A stretch of DNA of 64,000 bases from Octopus sinensis (Eukaryota): contig NC_043005.1 of NCBI RefSeq assembly GCF_006345805.1, forward strand, positions 88,846,001 to 88,910,000. Direction: 5' to 3'. A model generated the notes under the pieces. The model did not search any database. It was not told the DNA's origin and saw nothing but the letters and a program-made list of their open reading frames with translations. Position 1 is the stretch's first letter, and each line of letters starts with the position of its first letter. Positions 13,107 to 25,754 of this stretch are shown one piece after another. The position numbers and the translations under genes were made by a program.

Positions 13107-14397
13107 CGAGGGACGCTCAATAAGTAATGTCACTGACCCACTTGCAGTTGTTTGATCTAGCTGAAATTTTGCATGTGCAATTATTCATATCTCTACAGAT
13201 TAAGTAGTAAATTACAGGTCCATACTAATTGTGGTTTCTGATTTACAGGTCTTTAAACTGAGTCAAGTGTGAAATGGAGCCTGTTGAGTGTCGAGCAGTG
13301 ACCCAGTTTTTGTATTTGAAAGGACGCACACCACGGGAGACTTTCGATGAAATGAAAGTAACTTATGGTGATGATGCCCCATCATATGACCTTGTAAAAC
13401 GCTAGCATCATGAATTCAAACATGGTCGGAACTCTGTGGAAACAGCTCCCAGATCTGGTCGCCCCCTTCTGCCATTGATGAGGCATTTGTCCGTCAAGTT
13501 GAGGCTGCCATTTTGGAAGATCGGCACATAACTATTCGCCAAATAGCCCATGAGGTCAAGATTAGTACCGGATCTGTGGAAACTATCATTCATGACCATT
13601 TGCATATGCAAAAGGTGTCTGCCAGATGGATTCCCAGGTTGCTCACACCTTTCCAGAAGCAAGAACGCGTCGAGTACTCGAGGATTTATTTGGAGATGTG
13701 CAAGAAGATGAGTCAAAATTTTTCAAAAGACTGATTACACAGGATGAAACCTGGGTCCATCACTATGATCCAGAGACCAAAGCCCAGTCAATGCAGTGGA
13801 AGCACCGTGACTCACCTCCTCCAAAGAAGGCAAGGGTGCAGCCCTCCACTGGCAAGGTCATGCTCACAGTCTTCTGGGACCAGGACGGAGTAGTGATGAC
13901 AGATTTCCTGGCAAAGGGTACCACAATTACAGGAGCTTATTATGCTTCACTTTTGATGAAATTAAGAGAAGCTATCAAAATCAAGAGGCGGGGCAAGATC
14001 AGCAAAGGCATCCTCCTCCTTCAGGACAACGCTCCGGTCCACAACTCGCGTGTCGCCAGATCAGAAGCACAGGCGTTCGGCTATGAAATCCTCCCCCATC
14101 TCCCCTACTCTCCTGACCTTGCACCCTCTCATTTTCACCTCTTCTCAGCCATGAAGTTGTTTTTGAAAGGAAAGCGTTTCCCAGATGATGCAGCCTTGAT
14201 TTCTGAAGTCACGTCGTGGTTGGAGGACCAAGCTGGGGTCTTCTACAAAAACGGTCTCCAGAGCTGCATCAAACGATAGGAGAAATGCGTAACTCCGAGT
14301 GCTTCCTATGTAGAAAAGGACTAATAACTGTGCCAAGTTTCGTTGCTCTACTGTTATGGGAAGTGGGTCAGGGGCATTACTTATTGAACGCCCCTCG
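13107..14397 (+). mobile_element. Full-length mariner element (1291 bp) with pseudogenised transposase (13274-14324)
   Basis: TIRs cgagggacgctcaataagtaatg / cattacttattgaacgcccctcg, TA duplications; WIPR, DETW, QDNAP, YSPDLAPSHF (third catalytic D to H); stops and frameshifts. Confidence 0.95.
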
Positions 14398-15103
14398 TAC
14401 GACAGAGTGTAAGCGCACTGAGGGAAATGCTGGACATAAGAAGCATTGGATGTGGCGTGCAAGAGAAACGTCTGAGCTGGTATGGTCATGTACTACGGAT
14501 GGATGAGGAGAGATGTGTGAAGAAGTGTCACTCTCAAACAGTTCAAGGAATCCGGAGTAGAGGTAGACCCAGGAAGACATGGAATTAGGTGGTCAAGTAT
14601 GACCATCGAACATTGAGTCTCACAGAGGCAATGATGAAAGACCGAGACCTCTGGAGATATGCTGCAACTACGAAGACTCGACAAATAACGTGAGTTCATG
14701 GCGACCTGCTGTGCTTGAGGAGACCTATTGAATCAAGTACATCAACATCAAAAAATCAAATGGAAATTGTAGTTGTGATACCTGTGCCGATGGCACGTGA
14801 AAAGCACCATCCGAACGTGGCTGATGCCAGTGCCACCTTGACTGGCTTCCGTGCCGGTGGCACGTAAGAAGCACCAACCGATCGTCGCCATTGCCAGCCT
14901 CCCCTGTCACCTGTGCCGGTGGCACGTAAAAAACACCCACTACACTCACGGGGTGGTTGGCGTTAAGAAGGGCATCCAGCTGTAGAAACACTGTCAGATC
15001 AGACTGGAGCCTGGTGCAGCCTCCTGGCTTCCCAGACCCCGGTCAAACTGTCCAACCCATGTTGGCATGGAAAACGGACGTTAAACGATGATGATGATGG
15101 TGA

Positions 15104-15169
<66 letters not shown>

Positions 15170-15203
15170 ATATAAATAGAGAGAGAGAGAGAGAGGGAGA
15201 GAG

Positions 15204-15447
15204 AAGAAATGGAGGAAAAATAACAATGAGAAGTGGGTCTTTGGTGCTAAAAACCATTATTTAATTAGTTAAGAAAGGTAAGAGTGAGTTTACAGCTGTT
15301 TCTGTGTACTTTGCTGTATTTACCTCAGCATGGTACACAGAAACAGCTGTAAACTCACTCTTACTCTCACCTTGCTTAACTAATTAAATAATGGCATTTT
15401 TTAGCACCAAAGACCTACTTCTCATTGTTATTTATCCTCCATTTCTT
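15204..15447. repeat. Fold-back inverted repeat with about 105-115-bp arms containing half a hammerhead
   Basis: 15204-15309 is the reverse complement of 15333-15447 with few differences; each arm has gaaacagctgta. Confidence 0.9.
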
Positions 15448-15849
15448 ATCACCTATACACGCATTAAACTACGGTTTACCTTTTGAATTACCCGCGGATG
15501 TATACCTTATAACAAGGACCATACCTGCTGAAGTAATTACCAGGAGTGCCTCTGGATACATTTATCCCTTAGAGGATTTAAACACCTCTACCTATACCTC
15601 CCGTTCATGTGCTCCTGTTTCTGCGTAGATCATAACCCCCCACCCATTCGTTCCTTATTATCTATCTATTTCCTTACCATGTAAATATAGTTCCGATAGC
15701 TTCGTCTCTCTTGTTTGTCTTAAGGTCATGCATATCCGTTAATCGTCATATTTTATTTATTTTATTCAAGTTTATCGTTTCGTTAATTCATTCTCTCTAA
15801 ATTTGTCTAACCATAGTATACAAGTGCAGAAGACGATGCTCTCGTCTAA

Positions 15850-18632
15850 ATTTGCTGGTTCGCGGTACACCCTCCCACCCCTCCATACTCACCGGAAGTT
15901 TCTATCCTCTGTCATCCTTGGTTGTCTTCCGCGAACACTTCTAAGGGCCTCTGCCATCCCCTCACCTACCTAGGGTTTATTGATCATATGGCGCATAAAA
16001 ATGGTGTAGTGTATGCAGGTTGTAGTCTAGTGTTTATTTATGAATTCTGCCAAATGCAAGCTTTCTTTTCACGTACACGACACTGCTGTCCCTCATCCCA
16101 GGGTCCACAGGCCCACACCTCTCACACCCTCAGAGTTGGCACACTCAACGTCGGCACACTGAAAGGTATGTCTGGTGAGATTGTTGAGATGCTTGAACGG
16201 AGACGTGTAGATTTGTGCTGCATCCAAGAAGTAAGGTGGAGAGGAGGTTCCGCTAGGCTCCTCACAGGCAAAGAACACACGTACAAGATTTTCTGGGCAG
16301 GGAACACTGACGGGGTTGGGGGCGTGGGTATACTTCTTGCGGAGAAATGGGTTGATAAGGTAATCGAGGTAGTCAGAGTATGCGACAGAGTACTTAAGAT
16401 TAGATTAGTGCTTCACCATAGGTCAGCTACCATTATCTCGGCCGATGCCCCCTCAGTCGGGGCTACCTGATGGGCAGAAAGACCGATTCTATGACACCCT
16501 ATTGCAGACTACCTCGTTGACGAATGACAGGGACCTTCTCTTTGTGGCTGGCGATTTCAATGGACATCTTGGACAACATGCAAGGGGCTTCCATGGCGTA
16601 CATGGAGGCTATGGTTTCGGGTCCCGCAATGAGGAGGGAACCAGACTGCTGGAGTTCTACGATGTAAATGATCTTATGGTTTGCAATACCAACTTCAGGA
16701 GACCCACCTATCACCTAGTCACCTACCTTCCTGGCAGACATATTAGCCAAATTGACTACATCCTCGCAAGAAAAAGGGAAAGAGGGCTACTTATAAATGC
16801 CAAAAAATTCCCCTCAACATAGATTAGTAGTTAGTGACTTCGGGATCAGGGCTAAGTGGATGCCCAGAAGAAGACCAGCTTGGATGAGAAGTGTCTGGAA
16901 ACTTGAAGATCCTGCAAATGGACAGAGATTTAGAGACGTATTACTCGAAGCCTTCAACGAAATAGAAGGGGATATAGCTTCACATAATGTGGAAGAAAAC
17001 TGGAGGTTTCTACGGGACAACCTGCTGAGAGCCACTGACCAAATCTGTGGATGGTGCAAAGTCCCAGCTCGACTCAAGGTAACGTGGTGGTGGAACAATG
17101 TTGTTGACTGGGCCATTACACAAAGAAACAGGCTTGGAAGGACTGGAGGAACGGTGGTAGCAGGGAATTGTATCAGACTGCCAGGAGGTTTATTTAGCTA
17201 GAGGGGAAGCAGATAAGAAAAAAATTGCCAATGTTCTGTGCCGTGAGGGCCAAAGATTTGAGGTATTTCGTGTTGCAAGACAGTGTGTGAATGAGAATCG
17301 TGGCGTCGTAGGAGAGAAATGTGTCTGCACGGATGGTAGTTCACTTGCACTAGACGAGGTTGCAAAGAGAGAGGTTTGGAGAGACCGCTATGAAAGGTTG
17401 CTGAATAAAGAAAATGAATGGGAGAAAGAGATTCTGCCGAATGTCGACCCAACAGAGAGACCAGCTATCCGAATTGACAGTACCTTGGGAGATAAAGCAA
17501 TTAAGAGTATGAAGACAGGGAAAGCCCCCAGCCCATCAGGAATCACTGCAGAGATGCTCAAAATATCTAGCAGTGTCAGCTATAGCCTCGTCACCCGTAT
17601 AGTTAACCAGGTGATACACGAAAGAGTCATACCCAATGACTGGTGAGGCAGCACCATAGTCAACTGCTACAAAGGTAAAGGTGACGCTTTAGATATAAAT
17701 AATTACAGAGGTATAAAGTTGTTGGATCAAGTAATGAATGCTACGGAGAGGGTCATAGCCCAACTAATTAGGGAGAGAGTCAGTTTGGATGAGATGCAGT
17801 TTGGGTTCGTGCCAGGGAAAAGCTCCACTAATGCTATATTTCTGGTAAGACAGCTGCAGGAGAAATACCTAGCCAAAGATAAACCTCTGTACCTGGCTTT
17901 CGTTGACACGGAGAAAGCCTTTGACAGGGTTCCCTAATCCCTTATCTAGTGGTCAATGAGGAAACTAGGAGTAGGTGAATGGTTAGTGAAAGCTGTGCGA
18001 GCCATGTACAGGGACGCCGTCAGTAAGATGAGGGTTGGCAACGAGTACAGTGAAGAATTCTGGGTAGAGGTAGGGGCCCACCAAGGTTAAGTCCTTAGCC
18101 CTTCCTATTTATCATTGTCCTCCAGGCAATAACAGAGGAATTCAAGACAGGATGCCCCTAGGAACTCCTCTATGCTGATGACCTTGCTCTAATTGCTGAG
18201 TCACTATCAGAACTAGAGGAGAAGTTTCAGGTGTGGAAGCAAGGTTTAGAATCGAAGGGCCTTAGAGTTAACCTAGTTAAAACTAAAGTCCTAATAAGGA
18301 AGAAGGTAGACAAACCACAAACACCTTCAGGTAGATGGCCCTGCTCGATCTGTAGAAAAGGCGTAGGTAGAAACTCTATAAGATGTACCCAGTGTAAGCT
18401 ATGGGCACATAAGAGGTGCAGCAATATCAAAGGAAGACTAACAGACTGGCCCTTGTGCCAGTGGCATGTAAAAGCACCCACAACACTCTCAGAGTGGTTG
18501 GTGTTAGGAAGGGCATCCAGCTGTAGAAACTCTGCCAGATCAGATTGGTACCCGGTGCAGCCATCTGGTTCGCCAGTCCTCAGTCAAATCGTCCAACCCA
18601 TGCCTGCATGGAAAGCAGACGTTAAACGATGA
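15850..18632 (+). mobile_element. Near full-length but degenerate RTE-clade LINE
   Basis: APE (16110-16850), RT (KAFDRVP, LYADDL), a Cys-rich CSIC..CTQC..HKRC segment, deletion near 18445, 3' tail ending gatgat. Confidence 0.93.
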
Positions 18633-18839
18633 TATATATATATATATGTATGTATGTATGTATGCATGTATGTATGTATGTATGTATGTATGTATGTATG
18701 TATGTGTGTGTGTGTGTGTGTTTGTGTGCATGTATGTTTGTATTTGTGTGTGTGTTTGTGTGCATGTGTGTGAGTATGTATGTATGTATGTGTTTGTGTG
18801 CATGTGTGTGAGTATGTGTGTGTGTGTGTGTGTGTGTGT

Positions 18840-19050
18840 GAGCTTGTTCCCTACCACTGCTTGACAGCCGATGTTGGTGTGTTTATGGCCCCGCAATTTA
18901 ACAGTTCAGCAAAAGGGACCAATAGAATAAGTACCAGGCTTTATGAAAAAGCAATAACTACTGGGGTTGATTCGTTCAAGTAGAATTCTTCAAGCAATAC
19001 CCCAACATGGCCACAGTCTAATATCTAGAACAAGCAAATGATAAAAGATA
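18840..19050 (+). mobile_element. SINE 3' portion (same family on minus at 44620-44810)
   Basis: gcttgacagccgatgttggtgtgttta...aatagaataagtacc...actggggttgattcg...catggccacagtc. Confidence 0.65.
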
Positions 19051-19647
19051 AGTGAGGTAAATGCTTATCTCTGAAGGTTGCAAAGTCTGGATCAAAATTA
19101 TATTGAACAAACGAGTGAAAAGAAGTTGGTCTAACGTTAAATATTGCAACGGCCCCCCTTTTTATAAAATGCAGATGCCATGAAATTGTATCTATTCACA
19201 CAGTGACAAGTTCTGAATTCTTCTTCATATATCTTTAACATTTCAATGTTTTTTTTTATTATAAAAGCTCTGTGTCAACTAAAGCAAAAATTATAACTTG
19301 CTGTATTTTTTATATTATTGAGAAATTTTCAATAGTCAAGATTTGAAGAGGTAAAGTGTACTTCTTTCTATAAACAACTTGAATGCTTCTCATGGTGCAT
19401 AGCTAACAACTTTATACACACACAGATGGTATATGAACATTAACACACATATATGTATAAATACATACACACATTTATGCGTGTATACTTCAATATATAC
19501 ACTCATATATTTTAGTAAGATAACAGGGTAATGCTGTTTGTAGGATTGACAGAGAGAAAGATGAGAAGAAATAAAATAAAATAAAGCAGGATAGGATACA
19601 ATATAGAGGGGAAGTGAAATGAAAGAAAATAAAGGGAAAATATAGAA

Positions 19648-20152
19648 CTAGCAGTATCGCCAGGCGTTGCTCGGGTTTGTAAGGGAAATAACTATATAAG
19701 CATTTTTAGAGAGTTACTTCCCTTATAGATGCCAATTTTCTTAGCCATTTCTGTTTTGGTGTCTTCAAGCCATGAAGTCGTTGTTCTAAAAGAACGAGGT
19801 CTCCTTGACAACGCTTTACGACGTTGATTTCCTTACACTCCCTTCCCCACAGCTTCACGAGGGAGGGAAGAAGGGGGAGAAGCAAATAGGTGCAGGTGTG
19901 ACCATGGACGCCAACTCCGCCGCAATCGTCACACGAAAAACTATGCATTAAAATGGAATAAAAAATGATGTTAAATTATTTTTAAAATCGTAGACTCATC
20001 GTAGACGCGCGCTAATACTCAGACGGGCTCAATATGAATCACGACTATAAGATACCCGAATTTGGTTAAACTGCACCGCAAAATGTGGGAGTAGTTAGGA
20101 ATCTAAATCGAAGGGGACAGACACTCACGCAACTACAGTTTTATAATATAGA
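19648..20152 (-). mobile_element. Non-autonomous Helitron
   Basis: 5' TCtatattataaaa; 3' cccgagcaacgcctggcg hairpin plus CTAG; flanked by A and T. Confidence 0.85.
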
Positions 20153-20204
20153 TATAATAAAAAGGGAGCAGAGTAGAAGGAGGTTTAAGTTTCTGTAATA
20201 GGTT

Positions 20205-20295
20205 GGAGGGATATAAAGGATCACAGTTATAAAGGGTCACGGATTAAAGGACCACGGATATAAAGGATAACAGATTAAAGGATCATGGCTATAAA
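20205..20295. repeat. 15-16-bp minisatellite
   Basis: ggatataaaggatcac-like unit, about 5 copies. Confidence 0.75.
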
Positions 20296-20462
20296 TGCTT
20301 TAATGGTTTGTAGATATAAGTGTTTTAAAAGTATAAAAGGCATGTGGACATAGAAGTAGATTTAAAAGTAGACAGGAAATAGGTAGGGAGATGGAGAGAC
20401 AGGTAGATAACTGGGTTGATAGACAGACAGACAGAACAATCTATCTTTATCTACACACACAC

Positions 20463-20509
<47 letters not shown>

Positions 20510-20536
20510 TTTATTAATAAAGCTGCAATACTTTCA

Positions 20537-20584
20537 CAAAAATGGTTCTTCAGAGTTTTATGTTCCTGTTCGTCAGATAGTTTT
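20537..20584 (-). ncRNA. Degenerate hammerhead motif, same family as 1269-1317
   Basis: aaaactat-CTGACGA-acaggaacat-aAAA-ctctgaag; GAAA box mutated. Confidence 0.5.
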
Positions 20585-20671
20585 AGATAAATAGATATGT
20601 ATCTTGGTAGGTAGATAGAAGGATAGATAGATTAGCTTACATGTGGCATGTGACTTTCAAAATAACCTTAC

Positions 20672-20893
20672 CTGACTGGTGATTGAGGGTGTGTGTTGGT
20701 TTTATCATAAACCCAAGAACTGCACTTCTGTGCAGTTCGATTTCCATTTTCTGTGGTATTGGAATATATCAAACATTTTTCATAAACCACCTCTCCTTCA
20801 TCCTCACTCTTTGGAATATATTCGTTGATCAGTTCTTCGTGGATTTCACTTTGGATTTTATAAGTGTCGTTGTCGTAACCAGGAATAGCACAC
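20672..20893 (-). CDS. Exon encoding the large extracellular loop of SLC22 gene B (apparent 1-bp frameshift near its 3' end)
   Basis: Acceptor attttcctag| and donor cag|gtaagg; reads (R)CAIPGYDNDTYKIQSEIHEELINEYIP...EKCLIY...QKCSSWVYDKTNTHP, then SITSQ in a shifted frame; 222 bp where 223 is needed to join the 104-bp exon. Confidence 0.88.
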
Positions 20894-21844
20894 CTAGGAA
20901 AATATACAAAATAGGTTTCTTTGATCTTTCATTTAAATTTAGTTACATCTTCTGTAGCTTTCAGCCTTCAGGGAGAGGGGGAAGGAAAAAGTCGAAGAGA
21001 GAAAGTGTATGTGTGTATGTGTGTGTGTATAAATGTGTATATATATATATATACATACAGTGTATCCCATAATGGTTGGATGCGTTTTATTTGTAATTTT
21101 TGTATTTAATGCACTTGTTCTTATATCTATGTATGTGCCTATGAACATGTATCTATGTATATGCATCTATGTATCTATGTATATGTGTGTATATATATGT
21201 ATCTATGTATCTATGTATATGTATTTAAATTACTTATAAACAGACATAACAGAAGTAAATAGATGCCCTTATAATCATTAAAATACGAAATAGATTAAAT
21301 TAAACTTTCAGAATATCACTTCTGGAAGCTCATATCTTTTTATTAGAAAAATCTACATAGTGCTGTATTTCGAGTCCTTCAGAATGCTGCCAGTTGGTGG
21401 TGATGGCCACTTTGTAAAAGTGGTGATATTTTGAAAGTTAAATTCCATGTATTTCAATTTTTCTTTCCATTTTATTCCAGCAGGAAAAGCTCGTCTTAAA
21501 TGGCCGAAACCAGTTCATATTTTCTTTGCTTTTTGCCATATTAAAGCTCACTAAGCATTTCCATCTTCTTTAGTTTTTCAACACACATGCGCGTGCACAC
21601 ACACACACATGTGTATATGTGTGTGTAGACACATAACTGAGTGGCTGTGGCAAGAAGCTTGCTTCTCAACCATATGATTCTGGGTTCAGTCCCACTGAGT
21701 GGCAGCTTGGGCAAGTATCTTTTACTATAGCCTCAGACAGAGTGGGTGGATTTGGTAGATAGAAACTGAAAGAAGCCCAGCATGTATATATATGTATATG
21801 TGTGTGTGTGTGTGGGTGTGTTGTGTGTGTGCGTGCGTGTGTGT

Positions 21845-22670
21845 GCATGATGAAACCCGGAAACTCGCAATAAAAGGCTCCAAGAACTAAAACAAGCACT
21901 ACTGGCCGAAGAGGGATCGATGAATGAATCCATTGGATACACCTTTTTCTGGGAAGGAAAGATCCAAAACAAAGACCACATCCACAGCAATAGACTTGCC
22001 ATCAATACCAAACTCTTCAAACAGATTTCTAATCTTCCGACTGGCGTCAATGGAAGCTGATGAAGATCCGCCTCCCCATCAGCAACAAGCGGTTCATCAC
22101 TATCATCTGCTCTTACGACCCCACCATGACATCCACGGAGAAAGCCAAGGAGCAGTTCTACACCAGCCTGGACACTCTTCTATGCACCACGCCTGCCATT
22201 GTCAAGCTCATTCTGATGGGTGATTTCAAGGCCGGGGTTGGCAGTGACTGCAACAAGTAGAAAGCACGCTGTAGGCAAGACGAACAGCAATAGACTCCTT
22301 CTGCAGAGCAAGTGTGCAGAACATGAACTGCTCATCCCAAACAAAGTCCCCAGGCAGGCTGATATAGAAGAACACGTAGATGCACCCCCGAGCCAAACAG
22401 TGTCTTCTTATAGACTACATCATCACCCGTCGATGAGACAGCTGTGAAATCCTCACCACCAGGGCAATGCTGGACGGACCACCACCTTGTTCAAGTTAAG
22501 CTCAACACTCGCATAGTCCCCCCCACATCCCAAGCACCCTAAGCTCATCAACCAGGCCTTCAACACAGCAAGACTCTTGCCTATTCAAAACAAGTAGGAC
22601 TTCCTGAACAGCCTTGATGCAGCAGGTCTGCTTACTGGAAGGCCAGAGGGAAAATGGAACCAGTTCAATG
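21845..22670 (+). mobile_element. RTE-clade LINE endonuclease fragment, second family
   Basis: YTFFW-like segment, LMKIRLPI, TIICSYDPTM, EQFY, LILMGDF..VG, IDYII. Confidence 0.8.
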
Positions 22671-22757
22671 ATTGAAAGTCACATGTAAAACAATTGTAAA
22701 GAAGATGTCTTGATCAGACTTACCGCAGCCATGAAGGTTGTTCCCCTGTCTCGATTA

Positions 22758-23205
22758 TTTCTTATTTCTTTATTGCCTACAAGGGGCTAAACATAGAGGG
22801 GGACAAACAAGGACAGACAAAGGAATTAAGTTGATCACATCGACCTCAGTGCGTAACTGATACTTAATTTAGCGGCAAGCTGGCAGAAATGTTAGCACGC
22901 CGGGCGAAATGCATAGCCGTATTTCGTCTGCCGTTATGTTCTGAGTTCAAATTCCGCTGAGGTCGACTTTGCCTTTCATCCTTTTGGGGTCGATTAAATA
23001 AGTACCAGTTACGCACTGGGGTCGATGTAATCGACTTAATCTGTTTGTCTGTCCTTGTTTGTCCCCTCTGTGTTTAGCCCCTTGTGGGTAGTAAAGAAAT
23101 AGGTACTTAATTTATCAACCCCGAAACGATGAAAGGCAAAGTCGACTTCGGCGGAATTTGATCTCAGAACGTAACGCAGACGAAATAACGCTAAGCATTT
23201 CGCCC
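22758..23205 (-). mobile_element. SINE interrupted by an antisense copy of its own family
   Basis: Pieces 22758-22871 and 23104-23205 are the reverse complement of the inner SINE. Confidence 0.85.
22872..23101 (+). mobile_element. SINE with target-site duplication (further copies 29959-30192 and, degenerate, 52020-52230)
   Basis: TSD tacttaattta at 22861-22871 and 23104-23114; gagttcaaattcc B-box; taagtaccag..actggggtcga core. Confidence 0.9.
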
Positions 23206-23291
23206 GTGTGTGTGTGTGTGGTGTGTCTGTGTGTGTATGTGTTTCATGTGTTTTAAAATATTTTCAATGAGTTATAATTATTATTATTATT

Positions 23292-23797
23292 GAGTGAGAG
23301 AGTGGTGCATGCCACCAAATTGACACTGGTAAAATATACGAAGCCCAGTATACCATCATGACTACCTGTCTGATAAGGGTACACTACGCACATGCATCAC
23401 AGCCATATGTGCATGACATGGTGATCTCATATCAAGATAAACAGCACATGACCTTACAGGTGGGGCCCAGTTAGAATTTTGTTCAGGTCAAGTAGCCCAT
23501 TCCCTCAGTAAGGGTTGAACAAAACATCCATGTTTCCAGGGATGAATTATCCAAACCCCAAAGAATCCCTCTCAACACATGGCTGTGATGCTCCCCCACT
23601 ACTTCTGCTTGTGATCAGAGATGCACATATCGTCAGCCACTAAGGGTCATGCTGAACTGGTGAAGATCAACAGCTGACAGCAAATCAGTGGTATTGAGTG
23701 TAGCCCATCTTTTATACAATACAATGTACATGATAACACTTCCAACCAGTTAAAATCAGAAGCCATGAGAGCCACTGCCTGGTACTGCATCGGGGCT
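23292..23797. mobile_element. About 0.5-kb non-coding interspersed repeat embedded in (TTA)n, copy 1
   Basis: Collinear with 26705-27259 and with the partial copy 23831-24260. Confidence 0.85.
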
Positions 23798-23944
23798 TTT
23801 ATTATTATTGTTGTTGTTGTTGTTGTTATTGAGTGAGAGTAGCCACACCATCAAAGAGATGCTGATGTATGAATATATGTTTTTATTAGCCACAGGGCTG
23901 CACACAGATAGAACAAATTACAAGGTAGAGCTTTTCTTTTGAAG

Positions 23945-23990
<46 letters not shown>

Positions 23991-24261
23991 TAAAATAAAA
24001 ATAAAATAAAAAAGGGGGTCGATCAAAAGGATGTAAGGAGAGAAAGGAGGACAAACAAAAGGGGGGGTTCAAAAAAAGGGGGAGAGGAAAAAAAATTGAT
24101 CATATACAAAGCCCATATACCTATCCATTGCACGCAGTGATAAGGGTGCACCAGGCACATGCTCACAACTATATATGCATGACATGGGCCTCAATCAAGA
24201 TAAACAATGCATGAATTTGCAGGTGTGACCAAGTTAGAATTTCTTCAATTCAAGTAGCTTC

Positions 24262-25195
24262 GTGTATGTATGTATGTATGTATGTAAGTAGATGTATGTA
24301 TGTTGTATGTATGTATGATTTATGTTGTATTATGTATGTATGTAGTATGTATGTATGTATGTATGTATGTATGTAGTTGTAGTATGTATGTATTATGTAT
24401 GTATGTAAGTATTATGTATGTAGTATGTATGTATGTATTTATGTAGTATGTAAGTATGTATGTATGTATGTTATGTATGTATGTATATGTATGTGTTGTT
24501 GTGTATGATGTAGTTATGTATTTATGTATGTATGTATGTATGTGTATTATGTATGTATGTATGTTGTAGTATGTATGTATGTATTTAGTGTATGTATGTA
24601 TGTATGATGTTGTATGTATGTATTAGTATGATGTATGTAGTAGTATGTATGTATGTATGTATTATGTATGTATGTATGTATGTAGGTATGTATGAGTAGT
24701 ATGTAGTATGTATATATGTATGTATTTATGGATGTATGTATGTATGTATGTATGTATGTATGTATTATTGTATGTATTTATGTATGTATGTATGTGTATG
24801 TATGTATGTAGTAGTGTGGACCTTGAGAAGTGTTTTTTATAGTCAAGCTGACCAAATGGAGTTGATTGGTAGACGAAAACTGATGAAGACCGTGTGGTGT
24901 GTGTGTGTGTGGGCGTGTCGTGTGTGGGTGTGCGGGTGTGTGTGCGGTGTTGTGGAGTGTGTGCGTGTGTTGTGTGTGTCGCGCTGCGTGGTGCGTGGTG
25001 GTCGCGCAGTGTGTGTGTGTGCCTGTGTGTGTGAGTGGGGCTGGTGTGTGCGTGTGCGTGCGTGTGCGTGTGTGTGTGTGTGAGTATGAGTGACTATGAG
25101 AGTAGATAGATAGTAGACACACAGACAGAAGTAGTTAGGCAGGTAGATAGATAGACAGACAGATAGACATAGAGACAGACAGATAGTAGATAGAT

Positions 25196-25246
<51 letters not shown>

Positions 25247-25488
25247 GAGATAGAGATAGATAGATAGCTAGATAGGCGAATATATATATATAGAGATGAG
25301 ATATATATAGAAGAAGATAGATAGATAGATAGATAGATAGATAAGACATACAGACAGACAGATAGATAGTTAGGGCAGGTAGATAGATAGACTGACAGAT
25401 AGACGACAGACAGACAGAGATATATAGGCACGAGGAGAGAGAGAGAAAGAGAGAGGAGAGAGAGGGGGAGAGAGAGGGAGAAGGAGAG

Positions 25489-25522
<34 letters not shown>

Positions 25523-25525
25523 GAG
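24262..25525. repeat. Compound microsatellite block (TATG, TG, GATA, TA, GA)
   Basis: Direct inspection. Confidence 0.95.
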
Positions 25526-25754
25526 TGATGTCATCAGCTGGTAATTCAGTTGATTCTTATTCTTATAAGAAACGTGGTGATGAATGCGACATTCTTTGAA
25601 TAGGTGGTGTTATGTTCTGCTGAGCCATGAAGGTCGTTACAAACTGACGTCATAAACTTATGGCAGGTCATAAAAAAAAACAGGACGTGGAGTTTATTGT
25701 GACGAGCGAGATATATGTTAGTTTACTGGGCCATTCATTAACGAAGGGAGGCCA

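Larger units (their letters stand above)
8464..15105 (+). mobile_element. RTE-clade LINE (RT region and 3'UTR) split into 8464-9425, 12894-13106 and 14398-15105 by two nested insertions
   Basis: QFGF...STTDAIF, FVDLEKAFDRVP, HQGSALSP; removing the inserts restores collinearity with 18100-18180 and 28660-28880; ends in (GAT)n. Confidence 0.9.

Noticed and set aside
22705-22757. Minus-strand donor gcg|gtaagt after TFMAA as the end of gene B exon 1
   Set aside because: Wrong phase for the 20893 acceptor and no upstream TM1 sequence before the SINE
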